Of a stretch of DNA of 12,980 nt, positions 1 through 6,452 are shown piece after piece (within the stretch, counting starts at the first letter, position 1; each line of letters starts with the position of its first letter). Source of the stretch: Myxococcaceae bacterium (GTDB lineage: Bacteria > Myxococcota > Myxococcia > Myxococcales > Myxococcaceae); NCBI GenBank assembly GCA_019694595.1, contig JAIBBQ010000187.1, forward strand, positions 1 through 12,980, given 5' to 3'. The translations under genes were made by a program, and so were the position numbers. Under the pieces are notes generated by a model. The model was not told the origin of the DNA, searched no databases, and saw only the letters and a list, made by a program, of their open reading frames with translations.

Positions 1-181
1 CACCGCCGGTGCTGCCGGAGCCGCCGCCGGTGCTGCCGGAGCCGCCGCCGGTGCTCCCCGAGCCGCCCCCGGTGCTGCCGGAGCCACCGCCCTTGCCGCC
101 GCCCGAGCTGCCCGACGGGGACGAGTCACAGCCGAGGAACGCGAGCGCGGACAGGGTGCAGACGAGGACGAGGAATCTCAT
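1..181 (-). CDS. Partial lipoprotein with Gly/Ser-rich repeat linker. The N-terminus is in the window and the C-terminus runs off the left edge.
   Basis: The minus-strand ATG is the complement of 179-181. The translation is MRFLVLVCTLSALAFLGC-DSSPSGSSGGGKGGGSGSTGGGSGSTGGG..., a signal peptide with lipobox (AFLGC) followed by GSGSTGG heptad repeats. There is no stop before the window edge. The 62-aa plus-strand ORF at 9..197 is the antisense reading of this. Confidence 0.6.
   Translation of the reverse strand, partial: MRFLVLVCTLSALAFLGCDSSPSGSSGGGKGGGSGSTGGGSGSTGGGSGSTGGGSGSTGG
8..100. repeat. 21-bp tandem repeat, about 4.4 units, encoding the heptad GSGSTGG on the minus strand.
   Basis: ggtgctgcc/ggtgctccc recurs at 8, 29, 50 and 71 (period 21). 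The units are near-identical, ccggtgctgccggagccgccg. The repeat probably continues past the window edge. Confidence 0.8.
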
Positions 182-203
182 GGGGTGGGCCTTGTAGCGA
201 AAG

Positions 204-965
204 TCAGAGCGTCTCGCCGCCGTCGATGCTGTAGGCGGCGCCGGTGATGCTCTTCGCGGCGTCGTTGGCGGCGAGGAACCAGGTGAGCTCGGCGACCTCC
301 TCGGCGGTGACGAAGCGCCCCTGGGGCGTCATCTTGGCGAGCTCGGCGCGGGCGTCGTCGGTGCTGCGGCCGGTGGCCTTGACGATGTTGCCCACCGAGT
401 TCGAGAGCATGTCGGTGTCGGTCCACCCGGGGCACACCGCGTTCACGGTGACGTTCTTGGCCGCCAGCTCGTGCGCCAGCGCGCGGGTGAGCCCAAGCAG
501 CGCGTGCTTCGAGGCGCAGTAGGCCGAGGTGTACCGGAAGCCCTTGAGCGCGGCGGTCGAGGCCACGTTCACCACCCGGCCGCCGCCGGACTTCACCATC
601 GCGGGGATGACCGCGCGGCACAGCTGCCACGGCGCGGTGACGTTGACCTGCATCACCTTGGCGAAGTCGGCGTCGGAGGTCTTCGCGAGCGGCGCGGAGA
701 TGGCGATGCCCGCGTTGTTGACCAGGGCCTCGAGGCGGCCTGCGCCCTGGAGCACGGTCTGCGCGGCGGCCTCCACGGTGGGGCTCGACTCGGCGTCGAA
801 GCGCACCGGGTGCAGCAGGCTGCGCTGGGCGGGCGGCACCTCGATGGCGGCTTCGGGTTTGCGCACCAGGGCCCAGACGTGCCAGCCCTCGCGCAGGAAG
901 CGCAGCGCGATGGCGCGGCCGATGCCTCGGGAAGCTCCAGTCACCGCGACGTGTCGATCGGACAT
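204..965 (-). CDS. Short-chain dehydrogenase/reductase (SDR) family oxidoreductase, 3-oxoacyl-ACP reductase-like.
   Basis: 253 aa. It has the TGASRGIGRA Rossmann motif (TGxxxGxG), NNAG, and the YCASK catalytic Y-x3-K. GC3 is very high. AGAGGG lies just upstream of the ATG. Confidence 0.9.
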   Translation of the reverse strand: MSDRHVAVTGASRGIGRAIALRFLREGWHVWALVRKPEAAIEVPPAQRSLLHPVRFDAESSPTVEAAAQTVLQGAGRLEALVNNAGIAISAPLAKTSDADFAKVMQVNVTAPWQLCRAVIPAMVKSGGGRVVNVASTAALKGFRYTSAYCASKHALLGLTRALAHELAAKNVTVNAVCPGWTDTDMLSNSVGNIVKATGRSTDDARAELAKMTPQGRFVTAEEVAELTWFLAANDAAKSITGAAYSIDGGETL

Positions 966-1123
966 GGCCCCCCTCTAACAAGGCGCCGCGCCTGGGTGTG
1001 CGGGGTGACAACTCCAGTTGCCGTCACCGCCTCGCGACGTCTCCTCCCGTTGACAGGTGCGCGGGCCGCGGCGCGGGCAGATGGTGCGGGGCAGTCGGGC
1101 CCTCTTCACGCGAAAGGCGCCGC

Positions 1124-3016
1124 ATGCGCACCCAGAGCCTCGCCACCTTCCTGCTGCTCGCCGCTGCCTGCGGCCCCGTCGACGACCACGAGTCGGCCTA
1201 CGTCGACCACGACATCGGCTCCTTCGAGCAAGGCCTCAACGTGGGCGCCGCCGGCGGCTGCGACACCTCCATCGTGCGCGGGCTGACCGCGCAGCTGTAC
1301 GCGGAGATGAACTGCATCGCGCCCAACACGATGGTGAACTTCACCGGGCCCAACATCAGCATCACCTCGCCCGTGGAGCCGTACCTCGCCCCGCCGGCGA
1401 GCGCGGCGATGAAGCGGGCGGTGGCCGCGTCGGGCACCAACATCACCATCAACAGCGCCTGGCGCTCGGTCGCCCAGCAGTACCTGCTCTACAAGTGGTG
1501 GAAGGCGGGGCAGTGCGGCATCCAGATCGCCGCCGCCCCCGGCAAGAGCAACCACCAGTCGGGGCGTGCGCTCGACGTGCCGTCGTACTCGTTCTGGATC
1601 CCGAAGCTCCAGGCCCAGGGCTGGCGCTGGCTGGGCAGCTCGGACCGGGTGCACTTCGACTACAACGGCGCGGCGGACCAGTCGGCGCGCTCGGTGCTCG
1701 CGTTCCAGCGCCTGTGGAACAAGAACAACTCCAGCAAGCTCGCCGAGGACGGCTCCTGGGGGCCCAACACCGAGAGCGCGATGTCGCGCTCGCCGGCGAC
1801 CGGGTTCGGCACCTCGGGGTGCGCGCCCAAGCCGCCGCCTCCGCCGACCGTCACCACCGGCACCTTCAAGGGCAAGGTCTTCAAGCTCAACGCGGCCGCG
1901 CCCACCGACGTCTCGGTGGCGGTGAGCGGCGCCACGGTGAAGGTCGGCGGCAAGGTGCTCACCACCGACGCCGCTGGGGCCTTCACGGTGGTGCTCCCGG
2001 CGGCGACCTACACGCTGAGCGCGGAGGCCACCGGGTACACCGCGGCCTCGGTGAGCAAGGCGCTCACCGCCGGCCAGACGGTGACGGTGAACGTGGGCCT
2101 CGCGCCGGTGGGCGTGGCGGACACCATGAAGCCGGAGATCGACCTCCTGACGCCGGAGTCGGGCGCCAAGCTCGACGTGGCGAAGGTCACGGTGACCGGC
2201 ACCGCGAGCGACGACCGCAGCGGGGTGAAGACGTTCACGATGGCGCAGAACGGCGGCGTGGCGAAGGCGGTGGCGCTGCAGACCGGCGGCGACTTCTCGG
2301 TCGACGTGGTCCTCGCGCCGGGCGCCAACACGCTCGTCTTCTCCGCCACCGACGGCGCGGGCAACGTGGGCACCCTCTCGGTGCCGCTCACCTTCCGAGC
2401 GGGCCTCGAAGGCCTGGTGACGTCGGGTGACGAAGGCAGCGCGATGCCGCTCGAAGGCGTGCAGGTCGAGCTGCAGGACGGCGCCGGCATGGTGCTCCTG
2501 TCCACCACCACCGGGCCCGATGGCACCTACGCGATCGAGCTCACCGACGTGCCCGCGGAGCGGGTGCTGGTGGCGCGCCTCGGCGGCTACGCCGACTACC
2601 GCTCGCCGGTGAGCCTGTCGGCCGACGCGCGGACCCAGTGGAGCTTCACCATGGACCGCTCGATGGGCACCGGGCTGCGCATCCTCTCGCCCGAGGAAGG
2701 CGACGTGGTGGACACCGCGAGCGTCTCGGTCGCCGGCGTGGTCGACGGCTTCGCGCCGACGAGCGTGCTGGTGAACGGGACCGAGGCGACGCTCTACCCG
2801 GGCGGCCGCTTCGGCGTCTCCGTGGGGCTCTTGTACGGCACCAACGCGGTGGTGGCGGTGGCGCGCGGCGCGAACGGCGAGACCGCGGAGCAGGTGGTGC
2901 ACGTGCGGCGCGAGAGCGGGACCATGGCGGCGGGCGGCGGCTGCTCGGCGGCGCCGGGGACCTTGGTGCTCCTCGCCGCGGCCGCGCTGCTGCGGCGCCG
3001 CGCGCGTCATTCGTAG
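1124..3016 (+). CDS. Lipoprotein peptidase M15 (VanY / D-Ala-D-Ala carboxypeptidase-like, LAS zinc peptidase fold) with tandem carboxypeptidase-regulatory-like / Ig-like beta domains and a MYXO-CTERM-like C-terminal sorting tail.
   Basis: The start MRTQSLATFLLLAAACG (lipobox LAAAC) at 1124 is preferred over the upstream in-frame start at 998; AAAGG lies upstream. The zinc-ligand pattern is SNHQSGRALD (H-x6-D) followed by DRVHFDY. A PKPPPPP linker follows, then repeated roughly 90-aa beta modules (GTFKGKVFKL..., LEGVQVELQDGAGMVLLSTTTGPDGTYAIEL...). The tail is GGGCSAAPGTLVLLAAAALLRRRARHS. Confidence 0.8.
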   Translation: MRTQSLATFLLLAAACGPVDDHESAYVDHDIGSFEQGLNVGAAGGCDTSIVRGLTAQLYAEMNCIAPNTMVNFTGPNISITSPVEPYLAPPASAAMKRAVAASGTNITINSAWRSVAQQYLLYKWWKAGQCGIQIAAAPGKSNHQSGRALDVPSYSFWIPKLQAQGWRWLGSSDRVHFDYNGAADQSARSVLAFQRLWNKNNSSKLAEDGSWGPNTESAMSRSPATGFGTSGCAPKPPPPPTVTTGTFKGKVFKLNAAAPTDVSVAVSGATVKVGGKVLTTDAAGAFTVVLPAATYTLSAEATGYTAASVSKALTAGQTVTVNVGLAPVGVADTMKPEIDLLTPESGAKLDVAKVTVTGTASDDRSGVKTFTMAQNGGVAKAVALQTGGDFSVDVVLAPGANTLVFSATDGAGNVGTLSVPLTFRAGLEGLVTSGDEGSAMPLEGVQVELQDGAGMVLLSTTTGPDGTYAIELTDVPAERVLVARLGGYADYRSPVSLSADARTQWSFTMDRSMGTGLRILSPEEGDVVDTASVSVAGVVDGFAPTSVLVNGTEATLYPGGRFGVSVGLLYGTNAVVAVARGANGETAEQVVHVRRESGTMAAGGGCSAAPGTLVLLAAAALLRRRARHS

Positions 3017-4197
3017 AGCGAGCCCACCGCGCCTTGCCAGGCGTGGGTCACGCCCCCGCTCTTCGAGCTGAGGATGAACGGGACCTGGAAGGTCGCCGGG
3101 AGCGCCGCAGCTGCGCTCACCGTGAGCGTCAGGTCCTGCCCGTCGTTGGTGGTGGTGCTCGAGAGCGAGAGCTGGACCCGCGCATCCAGGCTGAGCGCCT
3201 GCAGCGTCCAGTCGGGGACGGCGCCGAGGCTGCGGCTGCGGAGCGGGATCGTCGTCGCCTCTCCGGGGCGCAGCACGATCAGCGTTCGTCCCGAGACCGG
3301 CACCGTCGTGAAGTCGACGCCGTCGGAGTCGAGTCTACAGGGGTCGAGGCCACGCGCCGCGCGACGGTCCGAGTACACCCGTTCCACCTCATGGGGCCCC
3401 GCGGTGGTGGTGCCTGAATAGAGGCAGACGTCGGCGAGCTCGGCGCCGTGGGTCGCGGCCCAGCCCGAGTCGTCGACCACGAAGCCATCCATGAAGGGGT
3501 CGGTCGCCGCCTCGACGAGCTCGTGCGACGCGAGGAAGGTCTGCGTGCGGAGCGTGCTGGAGTCGGAGCAGCGGAGCATGACGGAGTAGGGGACCCGCAC
3601 CGGCGCGCCCGCCCGCGACTGGAGCGTGAGGAAGTAATGGTACGCGTGGTATCCGCTGCACGAGGGCGCTCCGAAGGGCTGCGTGAAGGTCGCGCCCGCG
3701 GGAATGAAGAGCAGGTAGTTGCTCTGCGCGTCCGGTTCGCGCACCGCGGGGTTGGCGAGATCGGCGGCGATCAGCGCCCTGACGTCGTCCTCCGAGTAGC
3801 TGGTGGCCGGAGGCAGGGTGACGGTGCCGTCGAAGGCTCCAGGACCGATGCAGCCGTTGGGGCCGCAGTACTCGGCGGTGACCTGGGCCCACCAGGCGCT
3901 GGTGACGATGTCCCGCGAGAAGGTCTCGAGCGCGCCCGCGAGCGGATCTCCCGCGGCGATGGCCACTCTCAGGTGGACCTGCGTCTGCACCAGGCCGCCG
4001 TGGCTGCGCACGCGGGGGTAGCGGGGGAAGAGCGCCGTTCCCGCGTCGGTGCCGGCGTCCATTCCGGCGTCGGGCGTGGGACCCGTGTCGGGCACCATCG
4101 CCAGACCGGCGTCGGGGCAGTCCATCGACGAGACCGGCGGCGTCGAACCGCCACATGCAGCCAGCACGGCCGCAACTGCCAGCAGGACAGGTTTCAT
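3007..4197 (-). CDS. Secreted lipoprotein of unknown function (397 aa), with an Asp/Ala/Gly/Pro-rich linker after the lipobox.
   Basis: The start MKPVLLAVAAVLAACGG is the complement of 4195-4197; GGGAG lies 6 nt upstream. The listed 666-aa ORF 3007..5007 carries a spurious Arg/Gly-rich N-terminal extension that overlaps the real gene 4392..4997 in another frame. The C-terminal part is beta-rich. A HELVE stretch (not HExxH) is the only peptidase-like hint. GC3 is noticeably lower than in flanking genes. Confidence 0.7.
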   Translation of the reverse strand: MKPVLLAVAAVLAACGGSTPPVSSMDCPDAGLAMVPDTGPTPDAGMDAGTDAGTALFPRYPRVRSHGGLVQTQVHLRVAIAAGDPLAGALETFSRDIVTSAWWAQVTAEYCGPNGCIGPGAFDGTVTLPPATSYSEDDVRALIAADLANPAVREPDAQSNYLLFIPAGATFTQPFGAPSCSGYHAYHYFLTLQSRAGAPVRVPYSVMLRCSDSSTLRTQTFLASHELVEAATDPFMDGFVVDDSGWAATHGAELADVCLYSGTTTAGPHEVERVYSDRRAARGLDPCRLDSDGVDFTTVPVSGRTLIVLRPGEATTIPLRSRSLGAVPDWTLQALSLDARVQLSLSSTTTNDGQDLTLTVSAAAALPATFQVPFILSSKSGGVTHAWQGAVGSLYE

Positions 4198-4391
4198 TCG
4201 AGGCTCCCGACGCGTCGCACCTTCCGGACCGGCCTTCTCTTCCGGAGACAGGACGCTCTTGGTCTCGGAACTTCCAAGAAGGCAGTCTGTCCGGATGAGG
4301 ACGCCCGTGACGGCGGTAGAGCTCAGGTGGGGAAACACCGGCTGGTCGGCCTGACGCTCGGCCCCTCGCCTCGCCGGCGGGCTCGGCAGGC

Positions 4392-4997
4392 CTACCGCCG
4401 CGTCGCCGGCCTTCGTCGTGTCTTGCTGGCGGCGATCGCGGCGGCCATCGCCAGCTGATGGTCCTTCTGCCAGGGCGCGCCGGCCTCCGCGCGGGCCGCG
4501 GCGAGGTGCTGCTTCAGCGTGCCACCGAGCACCCGGTCGGCCTCGTCGAGCGCCTGCTTGGGCTCGTACCAGTGCACCGCCCAGCCGCGCGCCGTCGCCG
4601 CGGCGGCGAGGGCCCGGCGGTACATCACCCAGTCGGCCACGCACATCGCCCGGTAGTTCTGGATCCGCGCCTCCACCGTCCCGGGGAGCGGCGGGCACAC
4701 GCGCAGCGCGATGCCCGTCGGCTCGACGCCGAGCTCCGCCGCAAGGGTCGAGAGTGCGGCCTCGGAGCACCGCTGCGCCGAGCGCTCGACCTGGCGGACC
4801 AGGGCCACGGCCTTCGCCAGCTCGAGCCTTTGGCCCTCGTGGTGGTGGGGCATGACCGGAAGGCCCGCTTCCGTGAGAGCGACGCGCCGTCGGTCGAGCA
4901 GGGCGCCGGGAGGGCGCACCGTGATCAGCACCGCCCAGCCCGCATGGTCCATCACGCCCACCAGCGCCCGGCCCGCGCGCGGACGCCGGTTGCTCAC
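4392..4997 (-). CDS. Hypothetical protein (201 aa), translationally coupled to the upstream sigma-54 activator gene.
   Basis: Third-position G/C is strongly enriched in this frame (checked across 4441-4500). The start is GTG, complement of 4995-4997, overlapping the TGA stop of the upstream gene (GTGA overlap). An alternative ATG lies at residue 16. I recognise no domain. Confidence 0.55.
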   Translation of the reverse strand: MSNRRPRAGRALVGVMDHAGWAVLITVRPPGALLDRRRVALTEAGLPVMPHHHEGQRLELAKAVALVRQVERSAQRCSEAALSTLAAELGVEPTGIALRVCPPLPGTVEARIQNYRAMCVADWVMYRRALAAAATARGWAVHWYEPKQALDEADRVLGGTLKQHLAAARAEAGAPWQKDHQLAMAAAIAASKTRRRPATRR

Positions 4998-6346
4998 CGC
5001 GCGTCACCGCGCGTCTTGAGCCCCAGCCGCGCCATCATGGTGCGCACGGTGCCACCCGGGTCGCGCGCCTTGCCGCGCCCCACCTCGCCGAGCAGCCGCG
5101 CTGCCTCCGCTGCGTTGCCGCCCGCGCGCCGCAGCGCCTCTTCCAGCGCCGCGCGCTCGAGCGCCTCGCGCTCCTGCTTCAGGTTCATCGTGCCCGCGGC
5201 CACGCGCCGGGCGACCTCGGCCACGTCCACCACCGCGCCGACCACCTGGGGCGCCTCGCGGCGGATGAGGCGCCGCGGGAGGTCCGACGGCAGGAGCTCC
5301 TCCCCGGCGGTCTTCTGCACCAGCGCCGAGGCGATGACGTTGCGCAGCTCGCGGATGTTGCCCGGCCAGCGCCACTGCACGAGCAGCTCCATCGCCTCGT
5401 CGGTGACGGTGCGCACCTGGCCGCGCGAGGCGGTGGTCTCCTGCGCGTAGAACTGGGTGATGAAGTGCTCGACGAGGTGGGGAATGTCCTCGCGGCGCGC
5501 GCGCAGCGGCGGCAGCTCGAGCGAGAGCACCGAGAGCCGCTCGAAGAGGTCGGCCCCGAAGGTGCCTTGCTCGATGAGCACCCGCAGGTCGCGGTTGGTC
5601 GCCGCCACCAGCCGGAAGTCGACCTGGTGCCAGACGCTCTCGCCCAGGCGGGAGACCACCCGGTCTTCCAGCACGCGCAACAGCTTCACCTGCAGCGAGT
5701 GGGGCGTGTCGTCGATCTCGTCGAGGAAGACGGTGCCGCCTTCCGCCGCGAGGATGAGGCCGTCGTAGTCCTTCACCGCGCCCGAGAAGGCGCCCTTGGT
5801 GTACCCGAAGAGCTCGCCTTCCATCAGCTCGTTGGGAATGGCGGCGCAGTTGATGGGCACGAAGGTCTTGCGAGACCGCGGGCTCCACTGGTGCAGGAGG
5901 CGCGCGGCGACCTCCTTGCCGGTGCCCGTCTCGCCGGTGATGAGCACCGGCATCGACGTCTTCGCCGCGCGGCTCACCTGCGCCAGCAGCGCCCGCGTCA
6001 CCGGGCTCTTCGCCACCACGCCCGCGGGAATCGTCGGCGCCGACACCTCGAAGAGCAGCTCGCGCAGCCGCCGCACCAGCCGGTCGCGGCCCGCCGGTGA
6101 GGCGAGCGTGCAGGCGTCGTGGGCACCGCGCTCCACCGCCTGCAGCACCTGGCCGCCGCCGAGCTCCACGTCGCAGACCCACACCCAGGGCTCGAGGCCG
6201 CGCGGCGCCGGCGGCACCTCGGCCTTCGCGGTGCGCACCACCCGGATGCGCGCCGGGCTCTTGCCGCGCTCCAGCCCCAGCGCGCCGATCGCTGCCGCCA
6301 GCGGGCCCTGCGGCGGCGTTCCCTTCCAGTCGAGGCCTTCGCTCAT
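4994..6346 (-). CDS. Sigma-54-dependent transcriptional activator (bacterial enhancer-binding protein, NtrC/Fis family) with an atypical N-terminal domain.
   Basis: It has the AAA+ sigma-54 interaction domain: Walker A GETGTGKE, the GAFSGA variant of GAFTGA, Walker B VFLDEIDD, and the GNIRELRNV arginine finger. A C-terminal Fis-type HTH follows (AAEAARLLGEVGRGKARDPGGTVRTMMARLGL). The roughly 130-aa N-terminal region lacks the receiver DD...D...K signature. The alternative 455-aa ORF 5004..6371 in another frame has Arg/Gly/Ala artefact composition. Confidence 0.9.
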   Translation of the reverse strand: MSEGLDWKGTPPQGPLAAAIGALGLERGKSPARIRVVRTAKAEVPPAPRGLEPWVWVCDVELGGGQVLQAVERGAHDACTLASPAGRDRLVRRLRELLFEVSAPTIPAGVVAKSPVTRALLAQVSRAAKTSMPVLITGETGTGKEVAARLLHQWSPRSRKTFVPINCAAIPNELMEGELFGYTKGAFSGAVKDYDGLILAAEGGTVFLDEIDDTPHSLQVKLLRVLEDRVVSRLGESVWHQVDFRLVAATNRDLRVLIEQGTFGADLFERLSVLSLELPPLRARREDIPHLVEHFITQFYAQETTASRGQVRTVTDEAMELLVQWRWPGNIRELRNVIASALVQKTAGEELLPSDLPRRLIRREAPQVVGAVVDVAEVARRVAAGTMNLKQEREALERAALEEALRRAGGNAAEAARLLGEVGRGKARDPGGTVRTMMARLGLKTRGDAR

Positions 6347-6418
6347 GGCGCTGCACGGTAGCGCGATTCAAATGGTGGTGATGGCGGAGTGAAATGCCGA
6401 GTCACTGCTCGAGCGCCG

Positions 6419-6435
6419 GTGGCACCTGAGCCGCG
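6419..6435 (+). promoter_or_regulatory. Candidate sigma-54 (-24/-12) promoter for the divergent giant ORF.
   Basis: TGGCAC-ctgag-ccGCg has the GG and GC dinucleotides at the canonical 10-bp spacing and a perfect -24 hexamer. It sits between the EBP gene and the 6453 ORF. The predicted TSS is near 6446, leaving only about a 7-nt leader before the ATG at 6453. The -12 region matches only the GC core. Confidence 0.35.
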
Positions 6436-6452
6436 CCGGGTAGACTGCATGA

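Noticed and set aside
9-197. 62-aa plus-strand ORF, MLPEPPPVLPEPPPV... (proline-rich repeats)
   Set aside because: It is the antisense reading of the 21-bp tandem repeat. The minus strand gives a complete lipoprotein signal peptide plus GSGSTGG repeats, which is the better gene model.
1050-1055. TTGACA hexamer upstream of the M15 gene as a sigma-70 -35 box
   Set aside because: No A/T-containing -10-like element lies 16-19 bp downstream (the sequence there is gcgggccgcggcgcgg). A single hexamer match in a 150-bp spacer is expected by chance.
1106-3010. 634-aa minus-strand ORF antisense to the M15 peptidase gene
   Set aside because: Its Arg/Gly/Ala/His-dominated translation is typical of out-of-frame or antisense reading of high-GC coding DNA. 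The plus-strand frame has recognisable peptidase motifs and high GC3.
4198-4391. Searched the 195-bp spacer upstream of the 3007..4197 lipoprotein for a minus-strand sigma-54 -24/-12 element
   Set aside because: No GTGCCA/TGGCAC-like hexamer with a correctly spaced GC was found. Only TCCGGA-type short palindromes are present, so no regulatory call was made.
4198-5007. N-terminal 270 residues of the listed 666-aa ORF 3007..5007
   Set aside because: It is an Arg/Gly-rich extension that overlaps the better-supported 4392..4997 gene in another frame. A proper lipoprotein start (MKPVLLAVAAVLAAC, with a GGGAG RBS) lies at 4197.
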